Below, one piece after another: positions 17,663-25,191 of a stretch of 25,990 nucleotides of DNA. The notes beneath the pieces were generated by a model. That model ran no database searches. It worked only from the letters and a program-made list of their open reading frames with translations, and had not been told where the DNA came from. Location of the stretch: IMG/VR virus record IMGVR_UViG_3300032330_001895, positions 1-25,990 of that record; one strand, 5' to 3'. Source of the DNA: a virus (Duplodnaviria; Caudoviricetes). The stretch's first letter is position 1; each line of letters begins with the position of its first letter. A program made the translations under genes and the position numbers.

Positions 17663-18358
17663 CTATATAATTGTTGATGAAGGTGTAGGTGTTGGTGTAA
17701 TACAAGGATTGATTTCTGATACTATAAAATCACCATTTTCAGTTAAAATATAATCCCCAAATTCGTCTGTAATGAATTCAACACATGGATTAGTCGGTGT
17801 AGGTGTTGGAGTTGGTGTAATACAAGGATTAATTTCCGATATTAAAAAATCACCATTTTCAGTTAAAATATAATTACCAAATTCATCAGTAATAAATTGA
17901 ACACATGGGTTAGTTGGTGTGGGTGTTGGAGTTGGTATTAAATTATCACAACAAGGAAAATCAATAACATAATTAGAATCATATGTTAAATAATCAGCAA
18001 TAAAACTTTCAGTAACATTGATAAATAATTTTTCTCTGATTGGAACAATTAAAACACCATCATAATTACTTATCGTAAATTGACCCTCAAATCTACCTAT
18101 ATTATTTGTATCTCTATGTTTAAATTGATAATATATGTAATATTCAGGTTCTAAATTTACATCGGTAACTTCTTTTAATATAAACCCTGATGGAGAAGAT
18201 AATATTTTAGGGACACCACTCTCAACGTCAACCATAGAAAAGAAGATATCCGACGACTCTATTGATTTCATAAAGTTATCGTAATCAATTCTACCATCTT
18301 TAACCACTTGTAATTTTAACAGTGGTAACGTGGCGTTCTTTTTAATGAAAAATTCCAT
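17663..18358 (-). CDS. Putative virion protein: BppU-like N-terminal domain plus (TP)n linkers and duplicated ILTENGD modules
   Basis: MEFFIKKNATLPLLK...YYIYYQF...DT...GRFEGQF...P domain, paralogous to 18900..19277; three PTPTPT tracts. Confidence 0.65.
   Translation of the reverse strand: MEFFIKKNATLPLLKLQVVKDGRIDYDNFMKSIESSDIFFSMVDVESGVPKILSSPSGFILKEVTDVNLEPEYYIYYQFKHRDTNNIGRFEGQFTISNYDGVLIVPIREKLFINVTESFIADYLTYDSNYVIDFPCCDNLIPTPTPTPTNPCVQFITDEFGNYILTENGDFLISEINPCITPTPTPTPTNPCVEFITDEFGDYILTENGDFIVSEINPCITPTPTPSSTII
17691..17936. repeat. 120-nt (40-aa) tandem duplication inside the CDS
   Basis: 17691-17810 matches 17811-17930, encoding NPCV(Q/E)FITDEFG(N/D)YILTENGDF..SEINPCITPTPTP; many differences are synonymous. 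Confidence 0.92.
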
Positions 18359-18458
18359 CTATATTTTTGGGTTATATTTGTACATGTCCTTATCTTTTAT
18401 CTCTATCGTAATACTCAAGAGTTACAAACTCATGTTAATGCAAATAACTCCAATCATA

Positions 18459-18465
18459 ATAAATA
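18459..18465 (-). promoter_or_regulatory. TATTTAT putative late promoter motif
   Basis: ATAAATA on + strand just past the NTase stop, 100 nt upstream of the ATG at 18358. Confidence 0.45.
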
Positions 18466-18474
18466 TCTTCCAAA

Positions 18475-18870
18475 TTAATTATTTTCTAAAGGATTTATCA
18501 ATACTTTACGACTTCCATATCCCGCTAAATCAACTTTAACCTTCAAAATATTAAAAAATTCTTCTTGGGTGGGTTTAACTTTTGCATCTGTATAATAATC
18601 GTAATCACTATATTTTGCAAACCCATATTTTTCTTTATTATAATCAGATTCTTCTTTAGTTCTCCAATCACCTTTTACCCTTGACCCTGTTGCCCAAACA
18701 TTAAATTCTTTATCTGAATTTTTACTTTTTATTAATGAATATATTCCTAAATAAATTTGTTTTGTTTCGTCATCAAAATCAGATAAAACATTTATGATAG
18801 GTTTATTTTGTAATTTATCGGGTCTTGGTGACCTTACTTTTTTGAACCTATCGTTTTCAAAAAATTCCAT
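18475..18870 (-). CDS. Minimal nucleotidyltransferase-like protein (Pol beta superfamily)
   Basis: VWATGSRVKG...SDYD...VDL: the hG[GS]...DxD...D signature, with an extended loop between GS and DxD. Confidence 0.72.
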   Translation of the reverse strand: MEFFENDRFKKVRSPRPDKLQNKPIINVLSDFDDETKQIYLGIYSLIKSKNSDKEFNVWATGSRVKGDWRTKEESDYNKEKYGFAKYSDYDYYTDAKVKPTQEEFFNILKVKVDLAGYGSRKVLINPLENN

Positions 18871-18899
18871 CTATCTCTTTAGGTTATAATTATTTTATA

Positions 18900-19277
18900 T
18901 TATGGTAAACTATCTCCAATGTAACTTTCGGATACGTTAATAAATAATTTCTCCCTAATCGGTAAAATTAAAACTCCATCATTATTTTTTAACATAAATT
19001 GACCTTCGTATCTACCGACTACGTTAGTGTCAAAATTTGCAAATTGGTAATAAATATAATATTCAGGGTCAGCGTCGGGATTAACCAATATTTTCTCAAC
19101 AAAGCCAGCCGGCTTAGTTAGTATTTTTTCAATACCCGTTTCAATATTCACCATAGAAAAGTACAAAGAAGAAACCTCAACCATTTCCATGAAATGACTA
19201 TAGTCACTTCTTCCGTCTTTAACTACTTGCATTTTTAAAAGAGGAAGTGTGGCGTTTTTTTTAATAAAAAATTCCAT
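18900..19277 (-). CDS. Stand-alone BppU-like domain protein, paralog of 17663..18358
   Basis: Shares MEFFIKKNATLPLLK, QVVKDGR, PEYYIYYQF, GR.EGQF and PIREKLFINV.ES with its paralog. Confidence 0.7.
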   Translation of the reverse strand: MEFFIKKNATLPLLKMQVVKDGRSDYSHFMEMVEVSSLYFSMVNIETGIEKILTKPAGFVEKILVNPDADPEYYIYYQFANFDTNVVGRYEGQFMLKNNDGVLILPIREKLFINVSESYIGDSLP

Positions 19278-19293
19278 TAATCTGTTTTACTTT

Positions 19294-19300
19294 ATAAATA
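19294..19300 (-). promoter_or_regulatory. TATTTAT putative late promoter motif
   Basis: TATAAATAT on + strand, 16 nt upstream of the ATG at 19277. Confidence 0.55.
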
Positions 19301-19323
19301 TTAAAATTTATAAAACAAATTAA

Positions 19324-20988
19324 TTAACTTTCTTTTCTTAAATTACCATCATAATGTTCAAATCGGTCATGCTCTGTTGGGGTTAGTAGGAGTAACCCTG
19401 ATTTAATATTTTTTTTCTTTGTTTCTTGGAACATATAGCTCATCCACGTCTGCTCAAAAGGTCTATCCCACTTTGTGGTTAAAAACATTTTCTTATTACC
19501 TACTTTTGAAACTACTTGAGGCCAATTACAATAAAATACCTCACCTAAAGCATATGGAACACCACCATAGGATTTAATTGCGTTAAATTCAGTTCTTGGA
19601 GCATCAGGGTCTAAACCCATTTGTGGTAATTTAGGTTTGTTTGACCAATACTCTTCTCTTATATTTTGCGGCACATTGTACCATGACCACTGAGTTGAAT
19701 TATCACCATAGAATTCAGTAAAATTAAGTTTAATAAAATCTAAATTTTCTGAACTTATTATATATAAACTTTTGTCATATAAACTTTTAACTCTTCGGTT
19801 AAATCCATTTCTACATGTTTCATCACTACCTCCATAAAAAAACATATCGTCCTCAAAAAATAACATATAATCTAAATCTTGAGAATCAAAATGTTCTGCA
19901 ATCCATTGTCTTCCACCACATATCCCTAAATTATCCATCTTAATATGCTCAAATCCATGTTTCTCACAGATTTCTTCATATTTGTTTGTTGTAGATAAAT
20001 CACTTGAATTATTTAACAGAAATTTTCTTGGTTGAGTTAAGAATCGGTTATCATAACTCTCCATTGACATTATCAATTTTTCAAACTGATTTGGACTATT
20101 AAATGTTAAAACATACAAACCAACTTTATTAGTGTCTAAATTAGTTGTTTGTAACATTTTTGTTTTTTTAACGGTTTTACCATCTTTTAAATCTTCAAAA
20201 AATTTAAATAGTAATCCATTATCATCAATCTCAAAGTAATCAATTAAATTAGGATATTTGTAAATCATAATACTGAATAAACTTTCTTCAGTTCCCATTA
20301 ATTTTTTATTAAGGGTTTCAATTAATAATGAATAATACAAATTATTTATATTACTTATAGATTCTTTTGGTCCACCAAAGAATCCGCCTCTACCCACAAT
20401 ATCAACATTACCACCAGCATATTCACAAATTTCATTAAATTTAAATCCGTGAATTTCTGAATTAGTTTTATACGGAAAAACAATAAATGTAAATTTATTT
20501 ATTTGTTTTTCTAATTTTTCTAAAACATTATCCTTTGTAAAATAACCAACATTTACAGTATTAGTTAATCCTGCGTCAATCCAAAACATATATTCTGAAT
20601 TAAATTTATCCAAGATTTTTGCATCATGTAAAATGAATACTTTGGACATAACCAAAGGATTATACATTTCTAACTTTGCTTGTGTGGAATCAACTAACCA
20701 TCCCGTTTGATTAAACCATTCAGGGTTAGTTCTTATTGACTGAATCTTTGAATAGTATTCATTATTTTTAAACCAAGATAAATCTCTTAATATAAATTGA
20801 GTATTATCTGATGTTCTTCTTTCCCAAACAAATTTTTCTAATTCACTATCTCCAAAAATTATTAAATTTTCTTCAACACGAAGAAGTTCCTCAAATTTAT
20901 TTAAGTAGTGTTGAAATGAACGTGACCATCCTTCAGATAAATCACCTCTTCCAATATCCCATAATCCTGTTACTAAAGTTATTGACAT
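19324..20988 (-). CDS. Two-domain glycosyltransferase: HtrL/YibB(WlaTC)-like N-domain plus a GT-A (GT2-like) C-domain
   Basis: N-domain: TLVTGLWDIGR, K..L, YMFWIDAG, GGFFGG, GTEE. C-domain: GLYVLTFNSP, LLNNSS, NLGICGGRQ, MLFFEDD. Confidence 0.78.
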   Translation of the reverse strand: MSITLVTGLWDIGRGDLSEGWSRSFQHYLNKFEELLRVEENLIIFGDSELEKFVWERRTSDNTQFILRDLSWFKNNEYYSKIQSIRTNPEWFNQTGWLVDSTQAKLEMYNPLVMSKVFILHDAKILDKFNSEYMFWIDAGLTNTVNVGYFTKDNVLEKLEKQINKFTFIVFPYKTNSEIHGFKFNEICEYAGGNVDIVGRGGFFGGPKESISNINNLYYSLLIETLNKKLMGTEESLFSIMIYKYPNLIDYFEIDDNGLLFKFFEDLKDGKTVKKTKMLQTTNLDTNKVGLYVLTFNSPNQFEKLIMSMESYDNRFLTQPRKFLLNNSSDLSTTNKYEEICEKHGFEHIKMDNLGICGGRQWIAEHFDSQDLDYMLFFEDDMFFYGGSDETCRNGFNRRVKSLYDKSLYIISSENLDFIKLNFTEFYGDNSTQWSWYNVPQNIREEYWSNKPKLPQMGLDPDAPRTEFNAIKSYGGVPYALGEVFYCNWPQVVSKVGNKKMFLTTKWDRPFEQTWMSYMFQETKKKNIKSGLLLLTPTEHDRFEHYDGNLRKES

Positions 20989-20990
20989 AG

Positions 20991-21599
20991 TTATACTTTT
21001 TTCTTACAAACCCAAACAACTTGTTTGAATTCTTCTGACATATAAGGTTGCAAATTATTTTCAATACAAGAATTATTAATATCCGAATCTTGTATTTCTA
21101 ACCAATTCCAAACTTTATTATTTATATGCTCATTAAAATAATTTTCATTGGGGGAATAATCGTGAGCCATAATTATATCACCCTCTTTTAATAATTTTGA
21201 TAGAATTCTGAATTCATTTTTTTTACTTCCACCATCACAAAGCACTATTGTGGTACCATCTCTCTGTATATAAGAAGATATTTCTTCTACTTCAACTAAT
21301 TCAGTATAAGAATGATTAAAAACATCTTTGATTATGATTTCAATATTTGCACCACTTTCAACATGTGAATTTAAATAGTGTTTTTCAATTACGTCATAAG
21401 TTCTAAGAGTCGTATCATTTAAAGTTAAATCGTTTAAAATATCTCTTAACATTAAAGTTAAACCACCAGACGCAGTTCCAATCTCTAAAACTTGTTTAGG
21501 TTTAGTATTTTCAAATAATTCTTTAAAGACACCTCCAACATCTTCATGTTGTTGTGCCACAATATTTTGGTAAACAAACCATCCTGTAACGTTTTTCAT
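20991..21599 (-). CDS. Class I SAM-dependent methyltransferase (Methyltransf_24/CmcI-like)
   Basis: VLEIGTASGG motif I, TYD, LCDGG.K..E, LKEGDIIMAHDY. Confidence 0.82.
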   Translation of the reverse strand: MKNVTGWFVYQNIVAQQHEDVGGVFKELFENTKPKQVLEIGTASGGLTLMLRDILNDLTLNDTTLRTYDVIEKHYLNSHVESGANIEIIIKDVFNHSYTELVEVEEISSYIQRDGTTIVLCDGGSKKNEFRILSKLLKEGDIIMAHDYSPNENYFNEHINNKVWNWLEIQDSDINNSCIENNLQPYMSEEFKQVVWVCKKKV

Positions 21600-21609
21600 A
21601 TTTGTTGTA

Positions 21610-22311
21610 TTATAAATTAGGGTGTGAATTTTTTATATATTCCTCATAGTTAACATTCATATTCCATAAATCACTAAATGATGCATATTGAGTTGATAAC
21701 GGTTTTAAATAACATAATGATATAAAATTAGTTGGTAACACATTTATTGGATTATCTAATTCATAAAAATTTACTGAATTTGGATTATTCACAACATCAT
21801 TACCATAAATTGATAAACATAATAACTCATCAATTAAAATACTACTTTGAACATTTAATGGGAAATTTTTTAAAATGTATTCACATAAATTTCTTTTAAT
21901 CAAATATGACTGAGAGTGAGAAACCGAACTAACTTTAAAAGTATTGTTTTTATATGGTACAGGACTTCTCCTGTTACGACAACCAAGCCAAAATAAATCC
22001 CATTCAGTGGAATATATGTCTTTGAAAATAGTTTCGTATTCATCTTTTAGAACATCTAAAAATTTACAATCATCCTCAAGAACCAATAATACTTCACTAT
22101 CAGAATCTAAGAATTTCTTATATAATTCATAATGACTACTTCTACAATTGAGGGGTCCTGAATTTAAATTAGATATTGCTGAGAATCGTTCAACCCCTTC
22201 AATATTAAAACTTTTTAATTGATTAGTTAAAATTTCTAATCTATCAGTTCTTTTATCTAAATTAATAAAGTAACCAACATCGGCAATTTTAATGTCATTT
22301 ATTTTTACCAT
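21610..22311 (-). CDS. GT25-like glycosyltransferase
   Basis: YFINLDKRTDR, ERFSAI, C..SH, LVLEDD, WDLFWLG, SYLI. Confidence 0.85.
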   Translation of the reverse strand: MVKINDIKIADVGYFINLDKRTDRLEILTNQLKSFNIEGVERFSAISNLNSGPLNCRSSHYELYKKFLDSDSEVLLVLEDDCKFLDVLKDEYETIFKDIYSTEWDLFWLGCRNRRSPVPYKNNTFKVSSVSHSQSYLIKRNLCEYILKNFPLNVQSSILIDELLCLSIYGNDVVNNPNSVNFYELDNPINVLPTNFISLCYLKPLSTQYASFSDLWNMNVNYEEYIKNSHPNL

Positions 22312-22315
22312 ATCA

Positions 22316-23560
22316 TTATAAATTACCTGTTATTCTATCACACCACCCTTTAGATTTTGAGTGAGGCCAAACGACCCAATACTTTGGTTTATCCACTGTT
22401 TGGAACTGTCTCCAAATCTTACAATAATTGTCAGGGTCGGTTTTCATTCTATTAATCTCATTAATGTCAGCATCTTGTCGGTTTAATGTTATATCGTTTT
22501 CACCATGAAATGCTACCACCCAAAAGTCATAATCAGTTTCAGGTACTTGACCAAATGATAAATCAATACAGTGTTTAAAAATTGATGAGAATGAATTCAA
22601 CCACTCTTCTTCAGTTTCAAATGTATATGGATTTGGTGGATATTGTTTGTCTATTGTATATTGTTGAACACCTCTTTTTGAGAAAAGAATACCTGCGTAT
22701 TGTTCATAATCTCTTAAAGTTCTAACTGTACCAAATCCATATTGACTTTCGTTGATAGGTGTTTCACCATCCATACCAAATAGTTGTCTGTTTTTCTTAT
22801 GTGAAGAAGTATTTTTTAAATGCCATTCTTTGTCATCATCCCATTGTTTGGTTCTTCCTTTTCTTGTGTATTCATGCCAAATTAAAACTTTATGAGGATG
22901 GAATAAATCATATCCGTGAGTATAAGCTCTTGCGGCAATTGATATCTCTTCACCATGAAAATAAAACTCAGGGTCATGTTGAACTTCTTTTGAGAATTCA
23001 CCTAATGTGAAACAAAAATGTGCGGAATAAAATCTTGAGGTAACAGGTTTAGTCATTTCTCTCCATCCTGGTATTGTTTCGGGTAAAAAGAAAACAGCTC
23101 CTTCAGGAATAAATCTGTCAAACGACATTCTCCATGGCTCTCTTACTCTACCTTGTGGGTCATTATCAGGGTCAAAAGAAGATACATATCCTGTTAATAA
23201 TGGTTTATCATAACCATCTTTTTGTAACTCTTTTATCATATCAATCATCTCAACATCCCAATCTTGTTCAAATCTCATGTGAGAGTCAATTTGAAGGGTG
23301 TATTCTTCACCTTGATATAATTGTTGTACTTGGTGTCTTGCCCAACATACTCCTTTTGATTCGTTATATAGAACGTTTACAACTCTGAATCTTTCATCGT
23401 TCTCATAATCACTTAAATCATCAAACGTGTCATCAGGACTATATTGTCTACAAATACCTAATCTTAGATTTTCAGGAAACTTTGCTTTTGAAATCATATC
23501 CTCAATAGTTGGTATTAATTGAGGGTCTCTATATGATGCGATTTGAACAAATATTTTCAT
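22316..23560 (-). CDS. GT60-family polypeptide alpha-GlcNAc transferase-like protein (Skp1-Hyp GlcNAcT / Gnt2 family) with a C-terminal extension
   Basis: IFVQIASYRDP, GVCWAR, LQIDSHMRF (DSH), LLTGY, SAHFCF, DP..YFHGEE...AARAYTHGYDLFHP...WHEY. Confidence 0.87.
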   Translation of the reverse strand: MKIFVQIASYRDPQLIPTIEDMISKAKFPENLRLGICRQYSPDDTFDDLSDYENDERFRVVNVLYNESKGVCWARHQVQQLYQGEEYTLQIDSHMRFEQDWDVEMIDMIKELQKDGYDKPLLTGYVSSFDPDNDPQGRVREPWRMSFDRFIPEGAVFFLPETIPGWREMTKPVTSRFYSAHFCFTLGEFSKEVQHDPEFYFHGEEISIAARAYTHGYDLFHPHKVLIWHEYTRKGRTKQWDDDKEWHLKNTSSHKKNRQLFGMDGETPINESQYGFGTVRTLRDYEQYAGILFSKRGVQQYTIDKQYPPNPYTFETEEEWLNSFSSIFKHCIDLSFGQVPETDYDFWVVAFHGENDITLNRQDADINEINRMKTDPDNYCKIWRQFQTVDKPKYWVVWPHSKSKGWCDRITGNL

Positions 23561-23619
23561 TATATTTTTTTACTAAAAGTTATCAATTAGAAAAAAAATA
23601 TAAAGATTGATTAAATAAT

Positions 23620-23859
23620 TTAATTATATAATTCGTTAGAAAATTCTTGAATAGTATTATAACTTATCTCGTCTATTGCACAATTAGTTGTTAAAAATAT
23701 CACACCCTTGTCTGTTCCAAAAATACCTTGAGTGTCGTTAAGTGTTTCATATTGTACATCTTCACCATTTCTATTTAAAAAATTTTGAAATTTATAGGAC
23801 TCGTCAGTTTCAATAATTTTAAAACCGTTACTTATTTTTGTTAGATTTAATTCTGCCAT
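23620..23859 (-). CDS. Hypothetical protein, possibly a fibre accessory
   Basis: 79-aa ORF starting 1 nt after the stop of the fibre gene. Confidence 0.6.
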   Translation of the reverse strand: MAELNLTKISNGFKIIETDESYKFQNFLNRNGEDVQYETLNDTQGIFGTDKGVIFLTTNCAIDEISYNTIQEFSNELYN

Positions 23860-23860
23860 A

Positions 23861-25135
23861 TTAGTATATTGTTATTTTGTAAGATTGACAAACTGCTTGG
23901 ACTCCTGTACCTTGTGCCTGTAAATTAAACATGAGATAACGATTTACATTTGTGGTAAATGCCGCAGTTGAATAATTGTATATTGTTGAACTACCACTAC
24001 CTTGATAATCATCAGCAAATGGGGTGGTTACTCTCAACATATAGGCGGTACCAGAAATTATATTAATTGTACGTATACCTGTAAGTGTATTGACCACACT
24101 CATATCACCAAAACTTGCTAATAATGTAGCCCCTACAAGGCTATTTGTTGTATTAACATAAAGTGCTGGAAATGCCATTGGGGATGTCCCTCCAAATATC
24201 ATAAATTTAGCGGTAACTTCTATAGTACAGGTAGGAGAAGGTACTGTGTTGGCAGGGATTAATAAAGAACTACTTATAATATTACCAGCACCTACAGTAG
24301 TACCGGAATTTGATGTATAAACGGTGGGACCTCCCGCACTTATATTACCACTACCAAGAATAGATACTCCATTAATAGTTTTTATATTAGTACCACTAAC
24401 TAACGTTGGTTGAACTGCAACATCACCACTACCTACTAATGATGTTGAGTTAACTGTTTTTATATTAGTACCACTAACAAGTGCTGCCTGTTTATTGTTA
24501 AACGTAGTCCAGTCTGTAGTGGTTAAAACACCTCTATTTAATGCGGAGGCGTTGGGTATGTTAAGTGTTATTACGGGTGTTGTCGTACTATTTGAAACTG
24601 TACTAGTAATGTTTGTTCCTGCTGAAGTAAGATTTATTGCGGCAACACTACTAACTGTACCAGGATTACTTGTTCCAAAATTAGCATATAGTATACCAGT
24701 TAAAGCACTTATATCTACGTTACCATACGCATATGGTGTATCTATTCGAGAGTATGTACCAAAATTAGTAAATGTACCATTACTTGGTATAATCACATAC
24801 TTTCCTGAAGAATCATTTATAGTTACATTTTGATTAGATATTTTTTGTACTATGTCACCAATATAAATGTTATCGGCATTATAATAATTTATACTTATTC
24901 CACCAAAAGTTGAACCCCCTTCACCATCATCGTAAAATATTACTACAATTTGTCCTGTAGCAGGGTCTGTGGGAGGAAAGTATCCATAGTAGTATATTAC
25001 ATTATACTTAAACCCTCTATACCCCAATCCACTTATCGTTGAAGCACTTAGAGTACCATTTACTGTTAAATTTGCATAAACAAAAGAGTTACCACTGGTT
25101 ATAAAACCATTTTTTATATTAAATTCGTTTGCCAT
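23861..25135 (-). CDS. Putative tail fibre protein
   Basis: MANEFNIKNG N-terminus; GTVSSVA...TTTPVITLNIP.AS...RGVLTTTDWTTFNNKQ; two LVSGTNIKT(V/I)N.S.LGSG fibre repeats. Confidence 0.72.
   Translation of the reverse strand: MANEFNIKNGFITSGNSFVYANLTVNGTLSASTISGLGYRGFKYNVIYYYGYFPPTDPATGQIVVIFYDDGEGGSTFGGISINYYNADNIYIGDIVQKISNQNVTINDSSGKYVIIPSNGTFTNFGTYSRIDTPYAYGNVDISALTGILYANFGTSNPGTVSSVAAINLTSAGTNITSTVSNSTTTPVITLNIPNASALNRGVLTTTDWTTFNNKQAALVSGTNIKTVNSTSLVGSGDVAVQPTLVSGTNIKTINGVSILGSGNISAGGPTVYTSNSGTTVGAGNIISSSLLIPANTVPSPTCTIEVTAKFMIFGGTSPMAFPALYVNTTNSLVGATLLASFGDMSVVNTLTGIRTINIISGTAYMLRVTTPFADDYQGSGSSTIYNYSTAAFTTNVNRYLMFNLQAQGTGVQAVCQSYKITIY
24378..24478. repeat. 23-nt exact direct repeat at a 78-nt period (26-aa fibre repeat)
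   Basis: gtttttatattagtaccactaac at 24378-24400 and 24456-24478. Confidence 0.85.
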
Positions 25136-25140
25136 AATTA

Positions 25141-25174
25141 AATCTTTTCCCTGTCCAAGATTATTATATAAATA
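25141..25174 (-). promoter_or_regulatory. Late motif plus leader hairpin before the MANEF fibre gene
   Basis: TATTTAT (25174-25168), then AAUCUU-GGACAGGGAA-AAGAUU (25162-25141), 5 nt before the ATG at 25135. Confidence 0.5.
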
Positions 25175-25191
25175 TTATAATAAATTAAATA

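Larger units (their letters stand above)
18348..18888. repeat. 29-nt imperfect direct repeats (26/29) flanking the nucleotidyltransferase gene
   Basis: 18348-18376 aaaaattccatctatatttttgggttata versus 18860-18888 aaaaattccatctatctctttaggttata. Confidence 0.75.

Noticed and set aside
17691-17936. 120-nt repeat as a DGR TR/VR pair or CRISPR array
   Set aside because: It is an in-frame coding tandem duplication; mismatches are not adenine-specific and there are no spacers
18377-18458. Possible ncRNA or leader peptide (GAGTTA...TAACTC pairing; 11-codon ORF from 18457)
   Set aside because: Only a 6-bp stem with a long loop and a very short ORF; unsupported without comparative data
19324-23560. 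Glycosyltransferases as DNA hypermodification enzymes
   Set aside because: No base hydroxymethylase, T4-type glucosyltransferase or nucleotide kinase nearby; the families and structural-gene context point to protein or surface glycans. Not fully excluded.
3583-24833. The other 61-112 aa track ORFs opposite long genes (e.g. 3583..3825, 8824..9096, 11996..12187, 14511..14756, 22759..23010, 24495..24833)
   Set aside because: Shadow ORFs of well-supported genes, mostly with non-ATG starts and no motifs
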